From: Podarcis melisellensis
Taxonomy: Eukaryota
DNA length: 64,000 nt
Assembly (NCBI GenBank): GCA_964234715.1
Contig: OZ174278.1
Direction: 5' to 3' (one strand)
Shown: positions 22,634-35,109 of the stretch, in pieces
Numbering within the stretch: the first letter of the stretch is position 1
Layout of the letters: the number at the start of each line of letters is the position of its first letter
Notes under the pieces: generated by a model
Seen by the model: only the letters and a program-made list of their open reading frames with translations
Told to the model about the DNA's origin: nothing
Databases searched by the model: none
Made by a program: the position numbers and the translations under genes

Positions 22634-23716
22634 TATTTGTACAACCGTACTGAAGGCCTTGTCAGTAGCTGCACGCTGAGCACTTCATCTTTTGAATGTG
22701 GAGATATAGCGGTCAAGGTGACCTACAAAACAGCCTGGACCTGAGTTGTCTAGGACCTTATAAAAAGTTCAGTCTTGCAGTGCAGTGCCTACTCAGAAGA
22801 AAATTGGTTTCAGTGGATCTTACTCTCAGGAAACAGAGGTTCTCAAGGACCACCTCTGCTGGAGGGTAGCAGCATGAGAACAGGTCTTTTCTACTGTGGC
22901 TTCCTGCTAGGAAATACTCTCTCCCTCACCTTCATTAAATATCTTCAGGCACCAGGCAGAAACCTTTCTCCATAACCTGGCCTTTGGCTATTGTCTTTTA
23001 ATTGTGTTTGTATGTAAAATACATATGTTCTTGTTCTGCATTTTTATGTTGTGAACCGCCCTCTGAAGGGTGGTATACAGTACAAATATATTAACTAATA
23101 ATAAAATATTTGAATCTGTTTGTTTAAATAATCACTGCCATTTATTCTTTATAGAAGGGCTCAAAGTCCTGAGCAAAATTAAAATGCACAGTCCCTGGCC
23201 TGAGGCTCACAAATTAGAATGCAGATGTATAGCTTAGATTAGCTACAATATACTATCCCATGCTTTATTCTGTAATAACATCATTTGTATATGGCATAGT
23301 AAAAGAGGCCACAAAGCACACTGGCAAGCTGTAGCTACAGCTGGTTGCTTTTTGAGGAAGATATTCTTTGAATTATTAGGGTGATGGCTTCTCATAAAAT
23401 TGCAGTGTTCTTTGGTACTTTATTTCAAAGGGAATGGAATTTCACTTCAACTTGAATCCAAAAAATAAAATTATCAGTGATAATAACACACACAAACACA
23501 AAACTGTGGCATTTCCTATGCACTGAAAAGTCTCAGAAATGTCAGATCTTTGTGGGTGTTGGATCAATGGTAGCTAATGACAACACACAATATCCAGCAG
23601 TGTATGTGACACAAATTTATTCTGCTGCAGGTGTTCCTTGGATTAAACTGATTGTGAGGAAAGTCTCTTGCAAAACAACCAAATTTCCCAATGCTGAGCT
23701 GTTAAAACTTTATTTT

Positions 23717-23718
23717 TT

Positions 23719-23767
<49 letters not shown>

Positions 23768-23770
23768 TTT
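23717..23770. repeat. (TTTA)n microsatellite
   Basis: Directly visible, ~100 nt upstream of the SKA3 ATG-exon acceptor. Confidence 0.95.
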
Positions 23771-23885
23771 TACTCTTCTATGGCTTGTGTCCTGCCTATT
23801 TGTTGAAAAGTTGCTCTGTATTCTTTCTGCAAATTATGCCAATAGCAACAAAAACCTGCTGCTTTGTCTAGGGTTTTCCTTCACT

Positions 23886-23988
23886 ATGGACGTGAGCGGC
23901 ATGTTCTTCAACAAACTGCGAACCTTAGCGGTCACTGTGGAAAAAGAGGCCGAGCAGCTGAAGCAGATTTTTCAGAGTGATGACACAG
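23886..23988 (+). CDS. SKA3: SKA3 coding exon 1 (MDVSGMFFNKLRTLAVTVEKEAEQLKQIFQSDDT); exon starts 23872
   Basis: ctag acceptor ending 23871, ACTATGG Kozak context, gtaagg donor; FxxKLRxLAxxxExE matches the SKA3 N-terminus. Confidence 0.9.
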
Positions 23989-24298
23989 GTAAGGAAGACC
24001 CATGAAACTAAAATAAAAACTTATTTTATTATTTATTGTATTTTACATAGTATTCTATGGAATTCAAATTGTAATGCAATAAAATATAAGAAATAAAATT
24101 GTAATTAAAAATCATACAGCATCTAGCACAGTGCATTGCTACAATGAGGTGGAAAATGGTCCAGCAAGACCATTAGTGATTTTTTCAAATGGTCTGTAGG
24201 AAAAATAGTTTGGGAACTGCTGTCCTGCAGAATACCTTAAAGATACTGAATTGTGTTTTCTTTCTAAATCCATTTTCATTTAAAAACATGGCTTGAAG

Positions 24299-24363
24299 AA
24301 TTTGAAGAAGATTCACCAATGAGGTACTTACACGAACTGTTCTCTGAAGTCAGAACGCTAAAG
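24299..24363 (+). CDS. SKA3: SKA3 coding exon 2 (EFEEDSPMRYLHELFSEVRTLK)
   Basis: gaag acceptor (weak tract), gtactt donor, phase 1/0. Confidence 0.85.
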
Positions 24364-24509
24364 GTACTTTTGATCCATTCTCCACAACCCCTGCTTCACC
24401 TTTTAAAACTCTTGCTGTAATTTCACTGGTTATGTATTAGGTATGCCAAGTTCTAATTCACTGAAATTCTAAAGAAAGAGCTAGTCAGCATTGGTTCGAA
24501 TCCTACATG

Positions 24510-24755
24510 GTACGACTCAAACCAATGGCTTCAAGTTACAAGAAAGGAGATTTCCAGCTATACATCAGGAAGAAGTTTCTGACAGTAAAAGCTGTTTGAC
24601 AGTGGAAGGGACTGATCTCTCCTTCCTTGGAGGTTTTTAAGCAGAGGTTGGATGGCCATCTGTCATGGATGTTTTAGCTGAGATTCCTGCATCGCGGGGA
24701 GTTGGACTTGATGATCCTTGGAATTCCTTCCACCTCTACAACTCTCTGATTCTAT
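24510..24755 (+). mobile_element. CR1 LINE 3' end
   Basis: aatggcttcaagttacaagaaaggagattt...ggaggtttttaagcagaggttggatggccatctg...gattctatg terminus. Confidence 0.8.
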
Positions 24756-25002
24756 GCACTCTGAAATAAAGGACTAAATGTAAGCATGAAGATAAGTCCT
24801 GTTTGGTAGTGAATGTTCACATTTCTGCATTTATGAAGTAAGTCACATTAGTAGTGAGGGGTAACGTTTGTTTTCTTCGTGTGTGTCAGCTATGATTCTA
24901 AATATGCAGGAAAATTAAAATACTTCTGTTAAGCTTGCACCAAATTATCCATCAGTGATATACAATGTTGGCTCTAATCCCCCAAAAGCATGTGGAGGAA
25001 TA

Positions 25003-25249
25003 CTGTATTTTTCGCTCTACAAGACACACTTTTTCCCTCCTAAAAAGTATGGGGAAATGTGTGTGCGTCTTATGGAGCAAATGCAGGCTGCACAGCTATC
25101 CCAGAAGCCAGAACAGCACGAGGGATCGCTTCGCAGCGATTCCTCCTGCTGTTCTGGCTTCTGGGATTCAGAATATTTTTTTTCTTGTTTTCCTCCTAAA
25201 ACTAGGTGCGTCTTATGGTCTGGTGCGTCTTATAGAGTGAAAAATACAG
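25003..25249. mobile_element. Tc2/pogo-like MITE (related to 15091-15841)
   Basis: TA|ctgtatttttcgctcta ... tagagtgaaaaatacag|TA; one central hairpin. Confidence 0.85.
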
Positions 25250-25427
25250 TATATCATTCATATTTTGTAGAAGAATTTTTTCCCTTCGTTTAAAAAAAAG
25301 AACCCTTTGTTGCTGCCTTTCTGTTGGCAATAATAAAAAACTGATGTCATAATCCTGCCATACTGCTTGCTGACCTATACAAACTGTTCAGTATTGTCTA
25401 AAGATAAACTCTTTTTTTTAATTGAAG

Positions 25428-25593
25428 AGTGATGCTGATAATACTCTTTGTAAGAGTTCTTCAGAAAGAGATGCTACATATTATTTCTTGAAAGCCACTA
25501 AAGTTTTGATGAAACAAACTTCAACAGATCTTGGGAAAATAAGAGACTTCTTCCAGAAATATGGCTACAAACCTACTGTTGGCGAGGATGCAG
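25428..25593 (+). CDS. SKA3: SKA3 coding exon 3 (SDADNTLCK...FLKATKVLMKQTSTDLGKIRDFFQKYGYKP)
   Basis: gaag acceptor, gtaact donor, 166 nt; conserved FQKYGY. Confidence 0.92.
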
Positions 25594-26230
25594 GTAACTA
25601 TGAATATATTCCACATTTCCCTTATCACTGTATGTGTATTTTTAAAATTAAAGAACATATTGGGTGTTTTTACAGAATGCAATAGAAACTTTCAGCTTGG
25701 AAATTACTAATACTTTTGTTGCATACTCACTCACTCACTCCAGTCATCCTCCTTTTTTATTCTAGTGTAAAATGTGCTTGGAATCCTTTTAATTAAAAGC
25801 TCTGACTTATATAACTGCTATATGCCTATAAGTACAGAAGCTATCGAAGCTTTAATGTAATTCTTTAATATACTTCCGAGGTTTCTGCCCAAGTATCTCT
25901 TGCTGTGTTAAGATTTGCATAATAAACCTTCCATCCAGTTGCAGATACTGCCCACATTGAATTGCTTTCAGTGGTGTTTGCATTCAAGTGTGCATCCATA
26001 TTCTGGTGTAGCTAGTCAGGTTTACTTTTCTTTTTTTAAGCTGCATTCGAATGGTAGAGTTCCTTGTTTCCTAACTATGCTTAGGAGCTCTGGAATATAT
26101 TATGTACCTCCCTCACTGCTATTTCTTCCTATTACCCATGAAATTCCACTCCTCAGAAGAGGAGTGGAATTTCATGGGTAATAGGAAGGAATATAGCAGA
26201 AAAATGGTATAGTTTGCTATACCATTATTA

Positions 26231-26581
26231 AAGGTAAAGGTACCCCTGACCATTAGGTCCAGTTGTGGCCGACTCTGGGGTTGCGGTGCTCATCTCGCTT
26301 TATTGGCCGAGGGAGCCGGCATACAGCTTCCAGGTCATGTGGCCAGCATTACTAAGCCACCTCTGGTGAACCAGAGCAGCACATAGAAATGCCATTTACC
26401 TTCCCACCGGAGCGGTACCTATTTATCTACTTCCACTTTGACATGCTTTCGAACTGCTAGGTTGGCAGGAGCAGGGACCGAGCAACAGGAGCTCACCCCA
26501 TTGCGGGGATTCGAGCCGCCAACCTTCTAATTGGCAAGTCCTAGGCTCTGTGGTTTAACCCACAGCGCCACCCGTGTCCCC
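26231..26581 (-). mobile_element. Sauria SINE
   Basis: tRNA-like head gggacacgggtggcgctgtgggttaaacc and (ACCTTT)n tail on the minus strand. Confidence 0.92.
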
Positions 26582-26734
26582 TATACCATTATTAGTATAT
26601 ATCAATCCTCACAATGGTTTATAATTATTATTATTATTATTTATTATGTAGTAACCAGGCTTTATTATAATTACTTTTATAGTCAGTTTGAACTAGAATT
26701 TTAATTGAGTTTGCAAAGCTTGACTACAAGAGAA

Positions 26735-27360
26735 CAGGGTGGATAAAAATTGATGATTTTCTTTTAAAACAACAGATTTTTAAAAATTTTAATCAGATTT
26801 TTAAACTTAAATGCTTTTGGAGAAAAAATCATTCTAAAGATATTTTTCTATTTAAGTTATAATCCAAAGGCTATTCATCAGGAAAAAGGGATTTGTTTTA
26901 AGTTTTTCATGTGTGCTAAAACCCAGTCTAAGATTTATTTATTTTTAATTGTTTAACCACATCTGTTAACAAACATGGATACATATGCTATAATGTTATT
27001 GTTTCAGTTAAATAAATTGTTTAAATTGTTATTAAGGAAATGATTATTTTTCTCCTTCCAATAAAGTACAGCAGAAAAGTTGTCAAAATATAAACAGTTA
27101 ACTTATTAAACCTCACAATAATTTCATAATTATCTATGTATTTCTAATAGTATAACCAAATCAGTAATTTTTGATATAACTGTAAAAACTACTCTGAACA
27201 TTTATTATTCCAAAAATGAAACCTTCATCTGGTTGTAAATATTACGGTAATACCAGGAAGAATTAGTCTTCTTGTTAAAAAGAAAAAGAAAAAAGATTAT
27301 TTAAATCAGTCTTGCTGACTAGTGATTTAAATCGATTTGATTTAAAACAAATCCACCCTA
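26735..27360. mobile_element. Non-autonomous hAT transposon, AT-rich
   Basis: Termini cagggtggat / atccacccta; perfect 8-bp TSD caagagaa (26727-26734, 27361-27368). Confidence 0.8.
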
Positions 27361-27529
27361 CAAGAGAATCTGCTAAATATTACACCATAACCCTGTATTA
27401 ACATAAATTCAGATATTTCACTATACTGCGCTAATACTCCTGATCTCCTGCGATTAGAAGATCAGAAATGTAGAAATGGCTATGAGCAATTCAGTCTTTT
27501 TAAAAAGTTGGGGTTTATTATTATTATTA

Positions 27530-27748
27530 TTAATTTTTTTATTAAAGATTTTCTTGTTTTACAAAAGTGTTTGCAATGTCTCTCTTGTATTTTCCCCCCA
27601 TGTAACATTTTTACAAATCAGTTTCATTTGTTGAGACATTGGGAAGAAAAGGGGGAAAGAGGTGGAGGAGGGGAAAGATGGGTGGGGTTGGGGTTGGGCG
27701 ACGGTGTTACTATTTTACTTAGTATATGTAGGGTTTGGTGTCAGCGTT
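27530..27748 (-). mobile_element. LINE (L1-like) 3' tail; second copy at ~48990-49360
   Basis: tttattaaagat...catttgttgagacatt...gtgtcagcgtt shared by both loci; poly-A end on minus strand. Confidence 0.6.
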
Positions 27749-27795
27749 AAAAGTTGGTTATTTTTGAAACTAAGCAGATTCTCTTTTTAATAAAG

Positions 27796-28138
27796 CAAAA
27801 CAGGATGAAGCTGAAATTAACCCTGAGTCTACATCTGCTGAAGAAGAGCCCAAAATCCTTGATTTTCCTGAACAATCATCTGCACCTCATGCTCTGCTGC
27901 AAATTCCACAGCTTTCAGATTTTGGCCTTTCAAAATATGCTCTCCCAAGTACTTCAGGCATCTTGCATAATCAGCCCTCATATGCACAGAAGGAGGAACC
28001 GAGAGTGGATTATTCTGAGCGTTTATCACCCAAGGCAGACCAGTTTCGTATCTATGGGTATAAAATGGGTTTGAACGATGATACCACAAGTTTAGTGGCA
28101 GATCAAACCATCTTCCTACTCAATCCCAAAAACAGTAG
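27796..28138 (+). CDS. SKA3: SKA3 coding exon 4 (contains PQLSDFGLSKY)
   Basis: taaag acceptor, gtaagt donor, 343 nt open in phase 1/2; PQLSDFGL is a conserved SKA3 motif. Confidence 0.88.
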
Positions 28139-29037
28139 GTAAGTGACATCCTTTGAGAGTTACAAAAATACACGGGTTCTCATTTCTGTCTAATGACGCT
28201 TTCCATCCTTGAGGTGATCGACCAGCAGATTTTCAGATTTTGTGCACACAAATATTTAGTGGGAGGAGGGCGAGACTTGATGCTACCCTCTAATGGCACC
28301 ATCATTTTAGAGCAGTAGTCTTCAACCTTTTCTGACTCAGAATTGCACCTCCCCTCCCCTGTTTTAACCCAAGTATGCACTTGGGAGACTCATTTCTTTA
28401 AAACCATGTTTATACGGTGCTGGTACTGCTGTTGCAATCTATCTTGAATCAGGCTGAGCCCAAGTAGTGGGTTCTGACCCCCCAGCTGGAAGACCAATTA
28501 ACTATTTACTCTTTTTTGGAGATTTTTTAATTCTGCCTTTTGTACAAAACACTTTCAGCTAATGGTTTCCAGTTTAAAAAAAGAAAATGCACAAAATAAC
28601 TCCATCCCCTTCTGGACGCCATCAGTAATAACCTAGCGCTGGGGAGAAGAAAGCCCCCATCTCCCCATCCAACCTGTGATGGGACTGTGGAAGAGAGTTG
28701 AGCTATCAGAAAAGATGGCCGCAAGTGCGGGTGACGGATCTGTGTTGAAGTCATGAAAGAGAGAGAGTAGAGAAGGGCATCTCCTTGAGCCTCCTTAATA
28801 AACTGCAGTCTCCCAAATATTTCAGTGCATGTACTTTGTAAAGTTCCCTTCCAAGAGTCTTACAGTCTATAATTCAACACAAGAGGAATGGGATGGAAAT
28901 GGAGACCGGAGTAAACAGGGAAAATGTGTCTATTTTATTTTACTTGTGCTTAAGTTTGTTCCCTTCTGCCCAATTCACAATTACTGAAAAGAGAAGGGAG
29001 TTGAAATAATGTGACAATATTTTTGTCTTATCCTTAG

Positions 29038-29126
29038 GCAAGCTAATAATAAACCGAGTGAATCTGCAGTGGAATTGGAATCAAACAAGAACCTAGCTAC
29101 ACCTAAGCAAAAGAACAAATTTTGTG
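29038..29126 (+). CDS. SKA3: SKA3 coding exon 5 (QANNKPSESAVELESNKNLATPKQKNKFC)
   Basis: cttag acceptor, gtaagc donor, 89 nt, phase 2/1 bridges its neighbours. Confidence 0.85.
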
Positions 29127-30453
29127 GTAAGCCCTGTGTATTCAAATTAGGCTAGTGATTTCTTTTCCGTAAGGAACCATTCAAATACCCTAGGCTTGTA
29201 ACTAAAGAGATTCCAGAGTATAGGGTCTGAAGGCATGTGAGGCTGCTACCTAGCTGGAACTTGGAAGATCTCCAGGGAACATGTGTGCCGTGGGGGTCTG
29301 TGAGCTAGAAGAAATGTAATGAAAGTAAAGAGTTATCCAAAGGGAGCCTGTGGAGGCCTGGTTTCAGGGATATTCCAGGCTCCTCATCAGTTTTCTTTAA
29401 AAAGAATAGTTGTTCTTGAGTGAGCCTTTGCATATTTACTCACAAGTCAGTCTCATTTTAATAGAGCTTATTCCCTAGAAATTGTGTTTAGAATTGCAGC
29501 CTAATAAGTAAATCTGTTCTTCCAGTGCTTTGACCAATCGGTACAAAGAAAATAACTGGGAAGCGCATTTATTTAGAAATTGAATAAAAAAATTTTAAAT
29601 TGATATTTCATACAGTTGATTAACTTACAACATCTTGGGCTATCCAAATATAGGTTGAAGCTGTTCTGCACCCCCTGCCCTTAAAAACCTTTATATACTG
29701 CCTTTCTGTCTAGAAAAAGGTTCAAGGCAGCTCACAAGTTTCATAAAAAGTCTAAGAAAAACAAAGAACAGGCAGAATGAAAGCTGAAATAAAATCTAGT
29801 AAGCAGCTCCAATTTAAAGGCAGGAGCAAAACAAAACAATTGCCTATTCAACACACCTAAAGGCTGCTGGAATGAAAAATGTATTTGACTTCATTCGGGA
29901 AGGGGATAGGTTCTGGAGCCTAGAGGCAACCAACCACATGTGATACCACCATCAGTTGAACATCAGATGGTGGGACAAGCAGGAGGGTGGCCCTAGTTGA
30001 TATTGAAGGAGGCGGCAGCCGTTTGGATAATTTGTTCTCAAGGTGGGCACCATGTTGGCTGCCCCAGCCTAAGGTCATATCCAGTACATTGAATTTGGCC
30101 TGGAAATGGACCAAAAACCACTGAAGTGGGTATGAACTGAGAGAGTGATGACAATTTATCCTGATAAGGAGTTTCAGAATTTGGGAAAACTTGTTTCTGC
30201 CAATCTGATTTCATTATCTGAATGTAACTGTTCAGAGGCATACATCAAATTCTGCTATGCAGAAAGGCCAAAAGCTTGCATTCACCAGTGATGAAAGTTT
30301 CTACTGCATTCAGTTATAAATCTCTAGGTCCAGTGAGAACTCTTCATTCATGGAAGTGTGGTCCTCAGTTCTGCATTTTCATCCTTTTACGCCTGAATGA
30401 ATTTGTAGACTCACTATCCGTGTGAAATTGCCAATGACATACTGTGTTTTCAG

Positions 30454-30620
30454 ATGACGATTATATGGCTTCACCCGCTGCACCCGAGTTCTGCACACCT
30501 GGCTTGAAGATTCCCAGCAGAAAGGATGCCATATCCCCAGAGAGTAATAAATTGGATGCCTCTAATCATATGACAGAAACGTCTCTTCCAGATACAGAGT
30601 CTCTGATAACAAAACCTAAA
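30454..30620 (+). CDS. SKA3: SKA3 coding exon 6 (DDDYMASPAAPEFCTPGLKIPS...)
   Basis: tttcag acceptor, gtaagc donor; conserved FCTPGLKIPS. Confidence 0.9.
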
Positions 30621-30816
30621 GTAAGCACTGAGTTTTTATCTTGTAAATGAAATGGGTCTCTTAATGGGACTTCTGCATCGTGTTGTACTATTAGGAAAAG
30701 CTTTTAACAATGAAGATCTTCAAAGGATGTCTTAACTGCATGATTTTTAAAATAGAAAAAATAGTCCTTGTATTTCATTATCTGAACATTGCAATTCTTT
30801 GTCTTTTTCCTTACAG

Positions 30817-31029
30817 CAGACATGTGTCCCAAATAATACAGTTGTTGGATATGGCACTGTTCCACCTGTCCCTCATTCAGACAAGTATCTGGAGTGTCTT
30901 GAAGCACCTTCAGCAGCACTGGATAGGCTTGAAGAACTGCCTCCTCCAGAAATATCAGATTACAGTAGCCTGTTCAGTTCTCCGCCGCCGCCTCCTGAAA
31001 TAACCGTGATTCCAAGGCAGATTTCTCAG
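30817..31029 (+). CDS. SKA3: SKA3 coding exon 7 (…PEISDYSSLFSSPPPPPEITVIPRQISQ)
   Basis: cagcag tandem acceptor, gtgaag donor, 213 nt, phase 0/0; PPEIT.IP motif. Confidence 0.88.
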
Positions 31030-31175
31030 GTGAAGAAGTTAAACCTTCCTGCTGCTAATGCCGATTTTGACATTTTTGCCAGCAAATTGTTTTCCTTGTG
31101 CATGGAAAGTATAAAACTTGGAAAGGTCCACGCTTCTCTAACATCACCTACTTAATTATTATTATTTTTTGACAG

Positions 31176-31297
31176 ATCTTGTCAAAATACAATCCAAAGG
31201 TAGAAGCATACAGATCACTGGAAAAGGGGACTCGTGTTGGAATTGCTACACAGTTTGAAAAACAGCCTGTTCTTGATACTGGGAACAAAGAAAACAG
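31176..31297 (+). CDS. SKA3: SKA3 coding exon 8 (ILSKYNPK...GNKEN)
   Basis: gacag acceptor, gtgaga donor; LSKYN and C-terminal NKEN as in other vertebrate SKA3. Confidence 0.9.
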
Positions 31298-32200
31298 GTG
31301 AGATTTGAGCATGAGGTATTCCACACACACCCCTGGCTTTTCCAGACACTCGGTGGAAGTAGCATTGTACTATGTGCAGGCATGTGAGGCACTCGCTGCC
31401 CCTTGCGAAACCCTGGAGTTAGTAGGTAGATTTGTGGCATGGTGTCCAAAGAACAGGACCCCTACTCACCCTTGCCTCTTGCTGTACACATGGGTTTGCA
31501 CCCAGCCACAATTCCAACCCACCACATGGCATCAATGAAAGCTAGCTGTCTGGGAACTCTCCTGCAACCAGTTCTTGGAAACACTGTGTGGACACGGAGC
31601 TACTGCCAATATCTTGTTGAAGTTTTAAGATTCAGTATATATTAAGAATAGCTCTGGATCAGGCCAGTGGCCTGTCTAGCCCAGCATCCTGTTCCCACAG
31701 TGGTAAACCAGATGACTATGGGGAAGCCCAAAAGCAGGATTTGAAAATAACAGCACTCTTCTGACGAGATTCCTTGCTGCTGGCATTCAGAGGCAAACTG
31801 CGGCTGACACTGGAAGCAGAACATAGCCACTGAGAGCCTTATCAGTGTCTAATGGAAAGGAGGACAGACTGAAAAGTGGGATTGGGCTAATTGAAAATCC
31901 CATTACTCAAATCAGCTCTTGTTGCCTGGGCATGACCCAGGTTTATTGGAGGAAAAGGTGAACAGGAGTTCAAAGACTGGTAAAGAAGGAATGCAATGTA
32001 TTTGCACTTTCAGACTTAGCAGTTCATTAGAAGAGTGAATCTCTAGAATTTTTCAAAAAACCAACAAATCAAGATGGCTGTCCTTTAGTCAAGACCCCTA
32101 TGAAATGAATACAAATGGGCATGTTTCAATGGAAGTCACTTGAACATGGTGCCAATATTATAATTTAACTGCTTTGTTTGTTTTTCAATTACATTTGCAG

Positions 32201-32207
32201 AAAGTAA
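32201..32207 (+). CDS. SKA3: SKA3 last exon, coding part (R-K-stop); total CDS 1275 nt = 424 aa
   Basis: Branch-like ttaac, pyrimidine tract and tgcag acceptor ending 32200; A AAG TAA. Confidence 0.7.
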
Positions 32208-33941
32208 TCTGGATGAAGGCTATGGCTTGGCTTTTTAGAGGCTGCTATAATGAAGATTGTCCAGCAAATTCCATGGAAAAATATCAGAATATTTATTTCT
32301 AACCGTTTGGCAACCAGTTTAACTAAAACTATAGTCTCTTCTTTCATTTCCCCAGAGACCCCCAAATACATTATGAAAACCTGTATCTCCATGCTAATGG
32401 AAGTTAGGACTGCATTTATTAAATATTTGTTTAAATTCTGCTTGTGAGCTGATACGTAAGGATGGTAGAAGCGAGGGGGAAACAGTTAAGAGTGGCCTAC
32501 TCTGCTGCCCTGCTCTTAAACTAATTTGATCTTTGAATCCACCCTCCCCCTGCCCCTCAAATTGTCTACATATTTTTAGGACTGCGGGTGTTGCCATTGT
32601 GGTTTTTTAAATTTGATTTTTTTTTAATTAAAAAAAGTTAGATGGAACATCCAAGATTGTAAGTGTTCATACTTAACCATGGTCTGTTACCAATGTTTCA
32701 ACATAGTATTAAGAAGGCATCCACTTTGTGCTGTAGAGGGGACCCTGGAGCAGATTTGAGAGGCTGCAGAAGTCCCACTGTACAATACCCCATATTTTTG
32801 TTATGGGCACTCACGTTCCAACTAAAGCAATCCTGATCTATCATGATCGAGAATGTTTTCAATTTTATAGCAAGCAATTCATGAGAGAATCGCATCTTCA
32901 GTCTACAGCATGTGATGTAATGTCTAGACAAAAAGGGCAGGTGGGCAAGCAAGCAACTGTAAAACTTCCAGCTTTTGTTTTTGATAGCAACTGCTATCAT
33001 TGTCATGAAACACATTTTACAAAGCTATGTCACTGCTTTTATTTTTACAAGTTTTAAAAAATAAAATTATTTAACAAGGACTTAATTATATCAAGACAGT
33101 CATACAGCTGTGGAAACAATGGATAACCTTGCCTGTGGAAGATTTTTTTAGAACTTCCCATTTTTAAGGATGTAACTTCCAGTTAAAGCAACAATTGCAT
33201 TTTAAATTGGGAATACCTTAAGTGGTTCAAATCCTTTCATAGTCAAATACAGTCAAAACCAGAAGCAAAAATAGTAGCCCTCCTGGTCGCACTTACACAT
33301 CAGTGAATAAAATAAGGTGTAATATTACAGGTGTTAAGCTGCCATGATTTCCTTCTATTATGACCAATTTTCAACAAACCTTGACACTTCTGTCCATCTG
33401 ATAGTGTAAGTCCTACTACAGCTGTATTAGGGTGAATATTTTTGCACAATGAATTTGCAATTATTGAGCACAGATGTTGCGCTCACCGAATTGGCAATCC
33501 CATCATCTACACCCAATACTTTGTACCTGGGAAAATGCAGCTCTCCCAGATTGCATTGTCTGACAAAATAGGTACTTTATGGATGTTCAAAAAGATGTTT
33601 CTTAAAAGGCAATCTTACAGTGCGCTTATGAAATACCTCTCATTTAATCTTTCCACACTATAGGTTGGCCTTAGAATATATACAGTTTCAAATACCTCAA
33701 GACTGCTTGTGGTGTTTTAGCCAAACATTACACATTTTAAGAAACACTGCAGTGTCTGGTTTTCAGCTATTCAGAAAACGAAAACCTAGCAGAGAACAAC
33801 CTTCTAAAAATATACAGTAACATAATTTCAGTATTTCTACAACTTAACAGGTTTTCTAGTATTTTCACTTTGCATTAAAAAAAACAAGCCGTTTGTAATC
33901 TGTATGACCATGTAGTGTGGTCATTAGAAGAAAGCAAAATA

Positions 33942-34098
33942 TTAATAAGGTCTCATGCGACCTGATGGAGGTGGTGCTCGATTTGGGGGAGTAATTGCTA
34001 TGTCCAGGTAATCCCCTATCTGGAACTTCTGAGACTGCAGAGTCATGGAATCATCTGTGCCCTTTCTGCCTGACATTGTACTGCCAATCTCTTTCACC
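33942..34098 (-). CDS. SAP18: SAP18 exon 4 (VKEIGSTMSGRKGTDDSMTLQSQKFQIGDYLDIAITPPNRAPPPSGRMRPY*)
   Basis: Matches vertebrate SAP18 C-terminus; tttacag acceptor on minus strand. Confidence 0.97.
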
Positions 34099-34466
34099 CT
34101 GTAAAAAGAAATTAAGACCAAAATAAGAACATGAGCCATATCTTTGTTCCACCTAGTCAAGTACTGTGTCCTGTGATCAGCAGCAGTGGGTTTGGTAGCT
34201 TTAAATTAGAGACACTTAGAAAAGTGCAGATAGGTGACTGCCAACTTACATGGGGATAAAACCAAAACCACATATAGTCAACACACTGCGTGCAATTGGG
34301 GGGGGGGGGTTGAATTTCCAAAGGTTTTCTTTTCCTGGATGTCCACCCTGTTTTTACACACTCTTTTTAAAATTCTACGCACATAAAGTTGAATGTGCAC
34401 AAGTTAAATGTGTTTATGTTGTGTTACTTGTACTTATATGCCCTTTTGCAACAGCCTAGGTGATCA

Positions 34467-34823
34467 GACGCAGGTGGCGCTGTGGGTTAAAGCCTCAGCA
34501 CCTAGGACTTGCCGATCAAAAGGTCGGCAGTTCGAATCCCTGCGGCGGGGTGCGCTCCCGCTGCTCGGTCCCAGCGCCTGCCAACCTAGCAGTTCGAAAG
34601 CACCTCCGGGTGCAAGTAGATAAATAGGGACCGCTTACCAGCGGGAAGGTAAACGGCGTTTCCGTGTGCAGCTCTGGCTCGCCAGAGCAGCGATGTCACG
34701 CTGGCCACGTGACCCGGAAGTGTCTCCGGACAGCACTGGCCCCTGGCCTCTTAAGTGAGATGGGCGCACAACCCCAGAGTCTGTCAAGACTGGCCCGTAC
34801 GGGCAGGGGTACCTTTACCTTTA
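34467..34823 (+). mobile_element. Sauria SINE in SAP18 intron 3
   Basis: Head ggtggcgctgtgggttaaa, tail acctttaccttt, TSD taggtgatcaga (34457-34468, 34822-34833). Confidence 0.93.
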
Positions 34824-34986
34824 GGTGATCAGATTACAGCATATATGGACACTTACTAGTACATGTTTTAAGATTTTAGAAGCTAATGCACAATTTCCAG
34901 TGTATTATAATTACTATGAAGAATTTCATTAGAACTTTTCAGATTTTGCTACAATTTGCATCTACTGACTCCATTGACTATTTTAC

Positions 34987-35109
34987 CTGTAACCAGGCCT
35001 TTTAAGATCTGTGAAGACTATTGCAAAGTTAAAATGTGTGCCCTTTTTCCTTGCTTCCGGGTAGACTTCTTTCACTAAACTTGTCAGTTCTTTTAGAGTT
35101 GCATCCATC
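34987..35109 (-). CDS. SAP18: SAP18 exon 3 (MDATLKELTSLVKEVYPEARKKGTHFNFAIVFTDLKRPGYR)
   Basis: 123 nt, GT-AG, in phase. Confidence 0.97.
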
